A stretch of 63,933 nt of DNA, filler included, from Octopus bimaculoides (GCF_001194135.2; 6 parts of 5 records of this genome joined end to end with filler, not necessarily neighbours in it); one strand, 5' to 3'; shown: positions 1 through 12,940, counted from the first letter of the whole stretch. The notes: generated by a model from the sequence alone, not told the origin. A program made the numbers and translations.

Positions 1-569
1 TATATATATATATATATATATATATATTTGCTTCATGTGCTTCGGGGGCCAATGCTGAAAAAGATATTTAGTGCACGTTCACTCGAAGTGTCTAAATTCT
101 CATGATCTCAGTAGTACACAATTCTCGCCGGTGAGAAGAACTCATTCTAAAACGACTTCGTAAATCCAATAGTTCTTTTTGGCCCATGGAAGAATGCCTG
201 TCTCATTGATAAGAGATAGGTTTTCAAATACCCCACGCAGCTTCGGCCTTTATTTTTCTACCCAAAATGATTTTTAACGCAATATCCCTATTATTAATCG
301 TTTCATATGCTCCGGTATCAACTCTTCCATGAAAGAATTACTTTATATATATATATTAATGATAATTAAATAAACGTGTTTAGTCTTAAATACTCTAGTT
401 TTAACTATTGCATCGTTTAAATATGTGCTAATATTATCTTGTTTATTATTTTGATATTTTTTATAATATTTTTCTATCTTTATACAATAAGTATTTTATA
501 TAAATTCATTTGGTAATTATTGTTGGTTGATATATACATTTATTTATTATTATTATTGTCGTTGTATTT

Positions 570-680
570 TGACCTGAAGATTAGCTGTATTTTTGAATTG
601 ATATTCGATAGTTTTAATCGATTTTAATCGATTTAAATTTCCTTTCTATTTGAAAATTAGTTATGAAACACGTGTAGTCA
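570..680 (+). ncRNA. Minimal type-I hammerhead ribozyme motif (PLE/retrozyme-like, palindromic helix III)
   Basis: Helix I is tgac(570-573)/gtca(677-680). Core is CTGAAGA(574-580) and GAAA(665-668). Helix II is tagct(582-586)/agtta(659-663) with a long AT-rich extension. Helix III is the palindrome ACACGTGT(668-675), and the cleavage triplet is GUA (cut after 676). Departure from consensus: U.U at position 10.1/11.1. Confidence 0.65.
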
Positions 681-1071
681 TTTTATTATCTTTATCTTAT
701 GATATGTACTTTGTATTATATTATACTCATTTATTGTGCTTTTAATTATTAATTTTCTATATGTGACAGTGGATTTTCATCGATGAGTTCATGAACCTTG
801 GTTCGTTTCCCTAAAACTNNNNNNNNNNNNNNNNNNNNNNNNNNNNNNNNNNNNNNNNNNNNNNNNNNNNNNNNNNNNNNNNNNNNNNNNNNNNNNNNNN
901 NNNNNNNNNNNNNNNNNNNNNNNNNNNNNNNNNNNNNNNNNNNNNNNNNNNNNNNNNNNNNNNNNNNNNNNNNNNNNNNNNNNNNNNNNNNNNNNNNNNN
1001 NNNNNNNNNNNNNNNNNNNNNNNNNNNNNNNNNNNNNNNNNNNNTATATATATAGATAGATAGATAGATAT

Positions 1072-1250
1072 ATGCGAGGTGGTATCAAAAGGCTCGTAAA
1101 CTGGTTCCTTAGCGTGCCAACTGATGGCAGCACACGGTTGCGTGCTCTGTGATAACTATCAATGACCGTCATGAGGCAGTGTGCCGAGTGATACACTGAT
1201 TACTTTTGCGTTAAACATGAGAGGTCTGTTACATAAACACTGAGCATGCT
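1072..1250 (+). mobile_element. Mariner-like transposon 5' end/TIR fragment
   Basis: Starts tgcgaggtggtatcaaaa, resembling the tacgaggg..tcaaaaag mariner TIR type, followed by gcgccaactgatggcagcacacgg-like 5' UTR sequence. Recognised by similarity only; no ORF. Confidence 0.45.
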
Positions 1251-1758
1251 TCGGCAAGCTCACGGTGACTAGACAACGTAGAATACAGCTGCCCAGCGGA
1301 TGTTAACATAAAGCTGAAGATCAGTGAAAAAGAGAATACTTAAGCTGAACGATTGAGGCCTTTCCAGTTACTCGATCCAGATCACGAGTTCAGGTTTATA
1401 AATAGATGAAGTTTTTGTGAGCAGCGGATATGTCAATGGTTTTAGTTATTTTTCGGTTTTATTAGATTAATTCATTTGAGAAAGTAAATTCAAATTTTAG
1501 CCCAGCATATAAAATTGCAATTCATATATTTGTAATGAAATTTCTAAGTGTACACGCACAGAATGTAAGTAGGCGGTACATTTAATTCGTTACTAAGTTT
1601 CTTTACTTGTTGATAATATTGAGAATATTTACCCTGTTTATATTGGGAAGTTGAAAATCTAATATTTACCATGTTTGTATTTGGAAGGTGAAAGTTAAAG
1701 CATTTATTGACCGCCGTTTGGGTTACCCGTTTACAGATTAGAAAACTAGACCAAAGTG

Positions 1759-1876
1759 AAATCAAGTGTTTTACCACAGGGCCTACGAGCATAAGATACC
1801 GCTCGCCTGGGATGGAAACCTTGACCTTGCGATAGTTAGTGACTCACTCTAATCAGTAGGCCACGAATCTTCACAC
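1759..1876 (-). mobile_element. tRNA-derived SINE head, degenerate
   Basis: Matches the gaaataaagtg(t)..ctcaagaacacaac..ggaatcgaa head also seen at 47535-47646 and 60880-60975. Confidence 0.5.
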
Positions 1877-1934
1877 AGACACACGCATACGCTCGCACAT
1901 ACATACACACACACACACATATAGGTACTATATA

Positions 1935-2004
<70 letters not shown>

Positions 2005-3121
2005 CATGAAAATGCGATTTCAAATATAACGCCTTCCCTCTTTCATTACCGAAAGGAAATAATCAGTAAGATAGTTTATCATTTATTCTTATTCATTCAT
2101 TAATTTATTCTTGGCACATGAATACAATGCCAAAGTTTGTAATATTATTTCGATGCTTGAAGGAACAATAACGGGAATTTTTTTATTCTTTTCTCTTTGT
2201 CATGGCGTACTTCTTGAAACAATAACAGAAGAATGGCGCATAGAAAGGCTAGAAAAGACAGAAAATATTCCGTGGAAATAAACAGCACTGATTGTAAAAA
2301 TTCGTGGCATGCTATAAAGTGAATAGCGATCAGAAGTGGAAGAAATAGTGGAAAAGTTTTGTACAAGACAGCGTTAGTAGAGGAATGTATTATATAAGTG
2401 AGATGCCTATTTGTGCGATGTTGTGAAGTTTGTATATGTATGTTACGCGTGTATGATTGTTAATTGGTGTGAATATGAGTGAGGTGTATTGCACTGTGGT
2501 GTGTGTACTGAAATGATATGGTTCTTTGTCTTAAACTGTTATGATTTTAAAAATTGCACTGTGTTTATATGAACGTATGTAGGTTGATGATGGTTTATCT
2601 GTTCTCTTTAATCCGTGGGTTTGTGTTGTTCTGAAGTGATAAACCATTTATTGTTCACGCTGAAGGGCGATAATGGAGATGATACGGGCGTTGTGAGTGT
2701 TTATTGAGCGAAACCACCTAAAGCTCCACGAGGCTCTGACAGGGAATGGTGGCGAACCCTGCTGTACTCTTCCACCACGACTTTCTCTCACTCTTACTTC
2801 CTGTTTCTGTTGTGCCTGTAATTCATAGGGTCAGCCTTGTCACACTCTGTGTCACGCTGAATATCCCCGAGAATTTCATTAAGGGTACACGTGTGTGTGG
2901 AGTGATCAGCCACTTGCACGTTGATTTCACGAGCAGGTGGTTCCGTTGATCGGATCATCTGGAACCCGCGTCGTCGCAAGCGACGGAGTGCTAGCAACAA
3001 CATTGTTTCCCAATCCTCAAACCTCTCAACAAGGAAATATAATTTTCATTTAACCGATTGCAGAAGACGCGCCATTTTTGTTGCCGACATCATCGTCATG
3101 AATAGCATCATACTGACAAAG

Positions 3122-3122
3122 G

Positions 3123-3185
<63 letters not shown>
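3122..3185. repeat. (GAT)n microsatellite
   Basis: Direct reading; it explains the poly-M/I/H ORFs at 2921-3409. Confidence 0.95.
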
Positions 3186-3186
<1 letters not shown>

Positions 3187-4506
3187 CACCATCATAACAA
3201 TCATCATCATAATCCACATTATCCTCATCAACCACACTGACCAGAAGAACAACACTCCGGACACGAAAAACAATATCGTTGTCATATATTAAAGGATCTT
3301 TTTTTAATTTAAAAAAAAAAATTTTTTTACATATGAGCTGCAAGATATACCAAAAGAAATGGCACCTTATAACGAAAATTGCCTCCGTCATATCAAGGAA
3401 ATAAGACATTTATAGAATAGCAGAATCTGATATGAAAATGTAGAAGAAAAAAATTTAGGAAACAGGAAAATGATATATAAAATATAAAACCAGAGATAAA
3501 GCCACAAAATAAAATGCATATAAAATGCAACAGAAGCAGCAGGAGCGGCAGCAACATCAGCAGCAGCAACAACAACAACAACAACAGCAACAACAACATT
3601 ACAATTTTGCAGTAATGCAGAATGTGAATAATATGAAAGGAAAACATAAAAATTCAAGCTGATATCAAACCGTAACAGCAAGGCAACCAAAAAAAAAATT
3701 TAAAAAAAAAAAATTATATAACAAAATTTTTTTTTCCATGTTAGCGATATTTGAGGCTATTTCTTTTACGTGTAATATGTTTTGATGAATAACATCTTCT
3801 TTAAAGAACTGACAGATATTTCCTTGCTTAATATCTCTCTAAAAAAAAAAGAAACAAAATAAATAAAAATATGAATAAGTAGAATTATGAAATGGCGATA
3901 AGGGGACGGAATAATTAAGAACTGATCCCCATAAAAGAATATGTTTATATGTGGTGCATATGGAAATCAGGTGGACTTACTCTTGGAAGCGGTTCTAATT
4001 TTCGTTAGAAAGTAGTCTACATATATATGTATATATGTGTGTGCGTTTTGTGCGTGTGTGCGAGTGTGTACTCACGCGTTTGTACATATATTGCATATAT
4101 ATATATATANNNNNNNNNNNNNNNNNNNNNNNNNNNNNNNNNNNNNNNNNNNNNNNNNNNNNNNNNNNNNNNNNNNNNNNNNNNNNNNNNNNNNNNNNNN
4201 NNNNNNNNNNNNNNNNNNNNNNNNNNNNNNNNNNNNNNNNNNNNNNNNNNNNNNNNNNNNNNNNNNNNNNNNNNNNNNNNNNNNNNNNNNNNNNNNNNNN
4301 NNNNNNNNNNNNNNNNNNNNNNNNNNNNNNNNNNNNNNNNNNNNNNNNNNNNNNNNNNNNNNNNNNNNNNNNNNNNNNNNNNNNNNNNNNNNNNNNNNNN
4401 NNNNNNNNNNNNNNNNNNNNNNNNNNNNNNNNNNNNNNNNNNNNNNNNNNNNNNNNNNNNNNNNNNNNNNNNNNNNNNNNNNNNNNNNNNNNNNNNNNTA
4501 TATATA

Positions 4507-5271
4507 AATTATTTAAAATTATAATACAGGGTATCAAGAGATACCACCACGCTGAAAAAATAGCAGTCAAATCCTGACTCTAAAACCACAATAAATATCC
4601 GCATGGTACGATTAGCGAAGACGAAGACCAAATAAACAAGTAAAAATAAAGATAATTCCAAATCCTGGATTTCTGGCTTTGCATAAATAATAATGCTCTG
4701 CCTTCATCAGTGGAATATACTCTAGTACATAAATACAAATACATGTATATAAACAGTATACTTACATATACGAACGTGTACATACATATATATGCACGTA
4801 TGCACACGACTACCTTAAATAGCCCGCCTAAACAACCTTTCGTGCGATCCGGACAGAATATCAGCGCAGTAAATACACTGATCAAATTATATTTATATAA
4901 ATAAGGATAAGATCGATATTCTGTCCGGATCACACGAAAGGTTGTTTAGGCGGGCTATTTAAGCAAGTCGTGTGCATACGTGCATATATATGTATGTATA
5001 CGTCCGTATATGTAAGTATACTGTTTATATACATGTACTTGTATTTATGTACTGGAGTATATTCCACTGATGAAGGCAGAGCATTATTATTTATCCAAAG
5101 CCAGAAATCCAGGATTTGGAATTATCTTTATTTTTACTTGTTTATTTGGTCTTCGTCTTCGCTAATCGTGCCATGCGGACATTTATTGTGGTTTTAGAGT
5201 CAGGATTTGACTGCTATTTTTTCAGCGTGGTGGTATCTCTTGATACCCTGTATTATAATTTTAAATAATTA
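4507..5271. repeat. Long inverted repeat (arms 4507-4861 and 4916-5271, ~355 bp, 54-nt spacer), probably PLE pseudo-LTR derived
   Basis: Manual alignment of the left arm to the reverse complement of the right arm gives 10 substitutions and no indels (~97%). Each arm carries a hammerhead-like core. Confidence 0.9.
5061..5122 (+). ncRNA. Degenerate minimal hammerhead motif (mirror copy on the - strand in the left arm, ~4656-4717)
   Basis: attcca(5061-5066)-CTGATGA(5067-5073)-a-ggc..gcc-a-GAAA(5104-5107)-tcc a gga-T-T-tggaat(5117-5122). Helix I is 6 bp, helix III is quasi-palindromic (AAATCCAGGATTT), the triplet is AUU, and an A.A mismatch closes helix II. Confidence 0.45.
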
Positions 5272-5347
5272 TTACCTTTGATGGTTTTTATTCCCATGCT
5301 GACCACTTGATAAGATCAATATTTTAAATATCGATCTTATCCTTATT

Positions 5348-5385
<38 letters not shown>

Positions 5386-5394
5386 TTTTACAGA

Positions 5395-5490
5395 AAGCAA
5401 ACGAAGAGAAGGAACAGCAAGCAGGTGTATTAGTTTGACGCTCGGGAAGTTTTTGACGTTTCGCGCCTACGCTCTTCGACAGAAGGTACT
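5395..5490 (-). repeat. Interspersed repeat (cttctgtcgaagagcgtagg..cgaaa..cttcc(c/t)gagcgt(c/t)aaactaatac), PLE-end-like; second copy at 12941-13040(+)
   Basis: The two copies align in the window in opposite orientations. Confidence 0.65.
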
Positions 5491-5639
5491 GAGAAGAAGA
5501 AAATGGAGAGAAAACGAAAGAAATACAGAGAGAAAGAAATATGTTAGCATTAACGGTTCAACATAATGAAATGACCGGAGGACAGGGGCTGAGTGAAAGA
5601 GAGATCATAACGGTAGTCCGGCTAAACTAGGATGCAGAA

Positions 5640-6660
5640 GCGAGTATTTGTATGTAAGAATAGTTTGTGTGAATGTGTATGTGTGAATGGTGACTGTGAA
5701 CGTATGTGTGGGTGACCTTAAAATTATGTGGGCCTGTTTGTGTATATGGTGCGTGCATTGTGTGGAGTGATATACGTTTCGTGTATTTGTGTTTGGGGGG
5801 GAGGGGTGCGTATGGACTTGTGTATATGTGCGTGATGCTGTGTATAGTATGTGTGTGAGGTTATCGTGTCTGTGTGCCAACGCTTGTCTGTATCGTTGTT
5901 AGAGTGGTGTGTGTGCACGTGTGCCTGCGTGCTTGTGTGTTTGTGTGTGTGTATATGTGTGTATGTCAGTTAGTGCATGAAGTATGTGTGTGTCTTAGTG
6001 CATGAAGTGTGTGCGTCTATGTGATCCTAGATTTTGCATGTGTATTGTGTATGCTTATGTATGAAAATCTATGTGTTTATGCGTGTTGTGGGCGTATGTT
6101 TATTGTCTGTGTTCAGGTGTGTTTTGTGTCTATGCATTGTGTGTCTTTTTCGGAGTGAATACTGTGAATTTTGGGGAAATGGATGGAGGTGCGAGGTTAG
6201 GGTTGGAGGATGCGACGAGAGTTAGGGGCTGGGAGGTAGTGGGTGCGAGTTTTTTTGGAGTGCAAAATCTGTATGAATGCACGTGAATGTGTGTAACGGT
6301 GTGTGGTGTGGGTACCGAGTTGATCATCGTGCAGCGATGTTCGTATAGTCGTGTGTGTGATGAGGGTATTGGAGAGTGTGTGTAGGGTATGCATAATGGC
6401 GTGTGGTGTGGATACTGAGAAGAGTTGGGTGCTAATATGTGTGGTGGAGTAAGAACGCATGCGTGAGTTCGTATTCGTGTGAATGTGTGTGGGTATGTAC
6501 GTAATGGTGTGTGGTGTGATTACTGACTTGAACAGTGTATGGGTATTTTTATAATGGTCTGTGTGATAATGGTACTGAAATAAGTGGTGTACGGATGTGG
6601 GGTGGAGGAGAGAGGCACTTGAAGTTGGGAATTATGTGGGAATATGTGTGGGGTTGGTGT
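5640..6660. repeat. ~1 kb cryptic GT-rich simple sequence
   Basis: Strongly G/T-skewed, degenerate (GT)n on the + strand with no fixed long period. Confidence 0.8.
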
Positions 6661-7587
6661 TAGATGAAGGTAGATGACGATTTAAGACCATAGGGAGCAA
6701 AGGTACGAAGGGAGAAGATTAATCCCGGTTCAGAGGCATACGATGGCCTGTGTACAAAGATAGTCCAAACATAGTCATGTTGTAGCGAATGACAGGTGGA
6801 GCTGAAGTAGCACGAGAACAGGATGTCTTTGCCGAGTCTGATATCTCATATATGTATATACATGCATGCACGCAAACATGGTCATACATACATAGATCCA
6901 CACAAATATGCATACATGTATACAAACATGGATACATATTGAGTATAGACATGAATCCCTCCGAAATATAACAACAGCTTTCGAAGAGTTCACTCTGAAT
7001 TTGAAAGCATTCAGATACTGAGATATATAATAATATTAATCATATCATTTTGTCTCTTTTACAACTTCAGGTTTGCCGAAAGTGAACAATGCTGAGGATC
7101 GGAGGAAAGGAAACGCAAATTTATATACACGTGAGAGAAACATATAAAATAAAGGATTCGACCTTTCGGTATATTAGTTCTTCAGCAAGAGACAGGATAT
7201 CTGGTTGTCCTTTATCAGCGGAGTTAGAATGTTCATTGTCTTAAGCCTAGCATGAAGAATGTTGGAAAATGTCCGACGGAAGTAAAAAAGCGAATGGTGG
7301 TTATGTGCAGAAAAGAGGCTCTAGAGACAAGTTATATACTGTGTTAAAGTTCGAACACATGTTTTGATTATCCATCTTGTATAAACATTATTAGCTTTTA
7401 CACCTGTAACTTTTGACTAGCTGTGAATAACATGAATGTTTTCTCGGGTTTCAGTGGATTGATGTCTTCGTTGTATGACGTAAATTTAAAAGCACTTTAA
7501 TGATATCAGAATGCGCTCGCGCACACACATATCCCTATCTATATGTGTATGTATATACGTACTTATCTATATGTATATTTATATATA

Positions 7588-7925
7588 CAGGGTTTGGACA
7601 AAATAATGGAAACACCTTAAAATTTCAAACAAATTTATTTTAACAGAGGGTAGTACCGCCTTTGGAAATAATTGCAGCTTGAATTCTACGAGCTATGTAC
7701 TCGTACAAAGTTTGAGTTGTTTCCAAAAGAATTTTTGTCCATTCTTCAGCTAAAACAGTTTCCAATTCTTGTTTTGATGATGGTGAAAGATAACAAACTC
7801 CCTACTGGATTTTCTAAAATGCATCATAAATGCTCAATAATATTGAGATCTGGAGACTGTGATGGCCAGATAAGATGTCCAGCTTTACTTGAATGTTTAT
7901 TCTGTAAAAAGGTCATGAGATGTCA
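7588..7925 (-). mobile_element. Tc1-like transposon 3' fragment with TIR
   Basis: The minus frame reads HLIWPSQSPDLNIIEHL*CILE (Tc1 WPSQSPDLNxIE motif). The terminus is TA|CAGGG at 7586-7592. Confidence 0.8.
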
Positions 7926-8094
7926 AAAGGTCACTAACTTTGACCTGTAATATCTCGCATTCACAAGTTTATTTATCACCAAGACCATATAACGTTTTAT
8001 TTTTCATTGAAAATTAATCAAAACGAAGGTTTACATGTGCTTTTTAACACCAGAAGTAACCAAAAATGATAAGAAACGGTATTCACCCCGTGGT

Positions 8095-8626
8095 TTTAGG
8101 GATTGTCAGCAATGAAGGACGTATGATGCCTCCTTACTTCTTTCCATAAGGCCTTAGAGTTAACTCTGCCGCCTACATTGAGTTCCTGGAAATAATTGTT
8201 AAGCCCTGGATAGACAGTGTATGCAATGGAGGGCCATATGTGTTTCAGTAAGACTCACACATGGCTTTCGTAACATAGGAATGGATGGCGGAAATTTTTC
8301 TTGATCACATAACTCCTAACATTTGGCCTCCTAATTTCCCAGATCTCAATCTATTGGACAATTATATGTGGAGCGTTGTTAAGAGAGAGAGGTCAGTGAA
8401 CATGCCCATGATACTAAAGATACCAGGACTGCTTGATTCGAGCATATAGATGATTTAGATCATATATAGAAGCAACCATTGAAGCTAGAGGTGGCTTTAT
8501 TGAATAACATAATAGAAAAGGTTTATTTTTATCCTCATAGTATTTTTTTGATGTAGTTATGTTTTTATATATCTGTTTTTCTTTTATATAAACATAAATC
8601 TGTCCTCAAATATCTTACGCTCCCTG
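8095..8626 (+). mobile_element. Decayed maT/mariner-superfamily transposase 3' fragment with terminal CCCTG|TA
   Basis: From 8102: IVSNEGRMMPPYFFP*GLRVNSAAYIEFLEIIVKPWIDSVCNGRPYVFQ*DSHMAFVT*EWMAEIFLDHITPNIWPPNFPDLNLLD (WPPNSPDLNPLD-type motif), with multiple stops. Confidence 0.8.
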
Positions 8627-8634
8627 TATATATG

Positions 8635-8795
8635 CAACAGGCTTCTTTTAGCTTCCGCCTACCAAATCCATTCACCAGACTTTGGTCGGTCCGAGTCTAT
8701 TGTAGCAGATACTTGTCCAGGGTGTCACGCAGTGGGGCTGAACCTGAATCATGAGTTTGAGAAACAAGCTTCTTACCACAGAGCCACATCTGCGC
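8635..8795 (-). mobile_element. tRNA-derived SINE 5' half
   Basis: Reverse complement aligns to 51856-52020. Confidence 0.8.
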
Positions 8796-8831
8796 TGTAC
8801 ATATGTGTGTTTGTGTGTGTGCGTGTGTATT

Positions 8832-8869
<38 letters not shown>

Positions 8870-9684
8870 AACCAGATCTATATGTTTAAAGGTCAAACAT
8901 ACGTAATAAATAGATACTTTAATGTCTTCGTAATCAGGGGATGAAGGAAAGGCCCTTTGTTTTTTTAGAACGAAAGCTGAGTTTATACGCAGGCTAATCG
9001 CGTAATGGAATATCTTATTCTGCCATACAGGCCGATCTGTGATATTTGTACGTAAGTTACATACTGCCTTAAAACGCTGCAGTCTCTTATCGCTTTATAT
9101 ATAAGATGTTTAGGTCATAGTGCTTTCCCCTAGGACATTAATGATAGAATGCATATACAACCCAAACAAAGAAAACATCTTTTTATAATGATCCAATACA
9201 AAATTACCCACCACCCATATATAACAATTATATTTCTTCGAGCAGATCTTTTACCCGCTGTTTTATGAAAACAAACAAATTCTTTTTCTGAGCATTGATA
9301 TAACTGAATGTGGAATAACGTCATCTGAATTTTTGTTTTGAAAGGAGATCACAGTTGGATCATGGATGTCTTTCGCTTTTCACATATTTTACGTTTCCGT
9401 TTTTTTTCTTTCTGTATTTGCTATGTGTATCAACTTAGTTTACTGTCTCCCTCGAGTCCTGCCATCTGCTAAAGACAGTTGCACACAAAGATTTATTTTT
9501 AAGTATCTCAGGTCTGTAGAAACATAATATGATGTCCGAAGAAAATATACATACATACAATCTAGCTAACAAAAAGGCATGTTTATGTATACATATGTAG
9601 ATACAAATAAATAGGTCTCTCTTTCTCTCTCTTTCTGCAAATAATGTATTTACAGACACACACAGACACATATGCACACACTCA

Positions 9685-9760
<76 letters not shown>

Positions 9761-10534
9761 GGTACATATACGTTAATGTCAAAAGATGAAAATGAATGCT
9801 CTGGTTTGCAAGATTATTTATGCGACGTATATAGACATAGCCAGATGTATATATGTATATATGTGTGTGTGNNNNNNNNNNNNNNNNNNNNNNNNNNNNN
9901 NNNNNNNNNNNNNNNNNNNNNNNNNNNNNNNNNNNNNNNNNNNNNNNNNNNNNNNNNNNNNNNNNNNNNNNNTATATATATATTTATACATATATATATG
10001 CATATATACATAAGGGTTTGTGTGTGTACATGCATACGTACATACATGTATACGTACATGCATGCATACATACATGTACTACCATTCTAAGCTTGTTTTT
10101 ACCACATTTTCTTGAATCTCATCGCTAATCTTTTAGAAGAATGGATATTTTTCTAATAGCTTTGTATCTTATATTTAAATAACCAATATAAAAGCTTTTG
10201 TCTTTCAAATGACTTAAATTGTATTTTAGTCCTAGTTACTAAGGAAGGCCTGCTCATATATAAAATTTATATAATAAATATTTCGGATAATTACAACAGT
10301 GGACGTATTTGCCTTTCTTAATGGCTTGTTTACTCACATGAACCTACGGTTATTCCTTGACAATGGGGGCACAAGGAAATTACTTATCCATGGAAAACTC
10401 CTGGACACTTGATCTAAATATCGTCGCTTTCTATCCCTGCGAGTCCTTTGCAGGGATTTATATATTGTTTTGTGTTTGCGAGTTTCGTACCGTGACTACT
10501 GAGACGCTCGTCCTCTGAAAGAAACCTGCGCAAT

Positions 10535-10810
10535 TCACTCTACATGTGAGTAGATTTCAACTGATGCAGGTGGAGCAATTCAAATATCACGAAGCAGTTC
10601 TTAGTCGTGATGGCCGGCAGGAGGCTGAATTAAGTGCAAGAATTCTTGGACCTTGTGCGGTAATGCACCAGCATCAATATTCGGTTATCAAAAGGGTGGA
10701 AGGGAGGTGTAAAATCCAGACTTGCTATCTTCAAATCGGTGTTCGTACCTACCCTTATCCGTGATCAAGGGTTCTGGGTAGTGACTAAGAAGTATTTGGA
10801 GAAACGTTTG
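10535..10810 (+). mobile_element. RTE-clade LINE RT C-terminal fragment, decayed
   Basis: LHVSRFQLMQVEQFKYHEAVLSRDGRQEAELSARI..AVMHQ...LAIFKSVFVPTL...FWVVT resembles the RTE pattern QVEEFKYLG..EID.RIGAASAVM..SIYVPTLTYGHELWVMT. Confidence 0.7.
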
Positions 10811-11050
10811 TTTGCATTTGTCCATTTTGTTTATCGCGCACTGTTCCGATGGGTAAAATTATCACAACTAAAATTATTACGACTAAAACACAGTTTACCC
10901 TATCGTACATTTTCATTCGCATTATGCAGAACGCATTGGCTGACTCACCATTGCTAAATGAATATGTTTATATGCGAGTTTGTGTTTGTGTATTTATATA
11001 CCTGTGTACGTGCATAAATCCGTACCCCCTCTCTCTATCTTTTGTCTGTC

Positions 11051-11081
<31 letters not shown>

Positions 11082-11141
11082 TTATCTACATTATACTTAT
11101 CAATCTCTATACGTGTGTCTGTTTCTCTGCCTGCATGCTTG

Positions 11142-11202
<61 letters not shown>

Positions 11203-11344
11203 TTATGTATGTATGTATGTATGTATGTATGTATGCAAGTATGTATCTATCTATTTATTTATCTATCTATCTATCTATATCTATCTATATATATATATAT
11301 ACATACAAAGAGAGAAACTCAGAGTGAGAAAGCGAGAGAAAAAT

Positions 11345-11461
<117 letters not shown>

Positions 11462-12940
11462 ATATCTGCATAGATATATATAGTTATATAGTTATGCAAC
11501 TATATAAAAGTTGAGAGAATAGTAGAAACAATAGAAAGTGAATTGTGAGCAAATTAAAGAGAAACTAAAAGAAAAGACACGAAGAGAACGTTGTTAAACT
11601 CCTTTGTAGATTATAATTGATGCAGAGACACTATAAATGTTCCTAAAAGTTCGTCAGTAAGTGGCGTTTGGATTCCGTCATTTTCCTAATGGAATTCGAT
11701 GCTATATTATTCAGCTGAGAATTGTGAATAATGATGGCTAAGAAAAGAGAATGGAAGCTAGAAATGAAATGTAACATTGCGATAGGAAATGTAATGCATA
11801 TCCTAAAAATATTCGATAGAACCCGCTATCTTAGATATGAAATCAGTCAAAGCGAGTTGGTTTGGGGAAATGGGATATAAAGGAATGATGAGAGTGAAGG
11901 AATGGTGGTATATAGAACCGAAAGAAACGTATTAATTCATTTGTTATCAAATTGGTGAATAACTTCACTTTTCAGTTATCGTAACGCTGTTCGACGTCTG
12001 TTTGTTGCTTCTCACCTTTTAAATAGAGAAATCCATTCTCCTCTGTCTTGTGGGGAGATAAATTAAATTAAGAAACAAATACTACAAATATGTAATTGCT
12101 TTTATACATGGATGTATGTAGGTGTGTATGGAGGGATGTATATCTACGTATCTACGTATCTACTCCTGTCTTTCACGTTCCTTGATAACACACACATACA
12201 TACATACATGCAAAGCATTTGTATGTACGTTTATAACACTCGCTACACATTAAATGCAGATACATACAAAGTCACACATACACACAGACACACATGCACA
12301 CACGCATACTCATAATCGTAGAGACATATTTTATTGCATATGTATATATATATATGTTTGTTGTGCGTAGGTGTGTAGGTATACATACACGCGCGCGCAC
12401 GTAGACATACTTATATTCTTGTGCAGGCCCATAATGAAACACATGCATACACACATCAACACGCATACATAAAATATATCTAACTGCATCAAATATATTT
12501 AAATATACGTAAATGTGTATACACGTACAGACACACATGCATCCCCCAAACAGTGAGGGCACATATTGTCGTGAATTGCTCAAAATATGGAGTAAATAAA
12601 GAGCCGAAAACTGATGAAGGGTCGTTCTTTATCTTACTTATCTTGTGTTCCAATGGTTTCTTTCGTTTGTCTTCGTATTTCATGTTGTTTACGTTTTATG
12701 ACGTCCTATACACATATATGCATGTATGTATACATATATATGTAAGTATGTACATATATGTACGTATATATGCATATATATATATNNNNNNNNNNNNNNN
12801 NNNNATATATATTATTTATATTATTATATGATTGAACACCACGCATCCATTTCCAAGTAAGTTTATGGATATTTATTGCATGATAGATCGCTAGCCGTTA
12901 CACATTCTTTATTTTCTCTCCTTGTTTCTTTCTGTGTGCC

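Noticed and set aside
290-335. Minus-strand TGGAAGA..GAAAcga hammerhead-like relic
   Set aside because: Two core mismatches and broken helices II and III.
2921-3690. Poly-His, poly-Met and poly-Gln/Leu ORFs
   Set aside because: Driven by GAT and CAG/CAA microsatellites; no identifiable protein.
5440-5480. Hammerhead-like tCGAAGA-gcg(tagg)cgc-GAAA-cg-TC (also at 12948-12972)
   Set aside because: The core reads UCGAAGA rather than CUGAAGA and no helix I forms. It could be a variant or relic, but cannot be supported as a ribozyme.
7150-7190. Minus-strand CTGAAGA..ccGAAAggtc
   Set aside because: Helix II and helix I do not pair; at best a decayed PLE end.
7588-8626. Single 1-kb transposon bounded by TA|CAGGG..CCCTG|TA
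   Set aside because: The ends match for only 5 bp, and the two halves encode different transposase C-termini on opposite strands: two separate elements.
12605-12640. CTGATGA in a repeat
   Set aside because: No downstream GAAA/UH in register.
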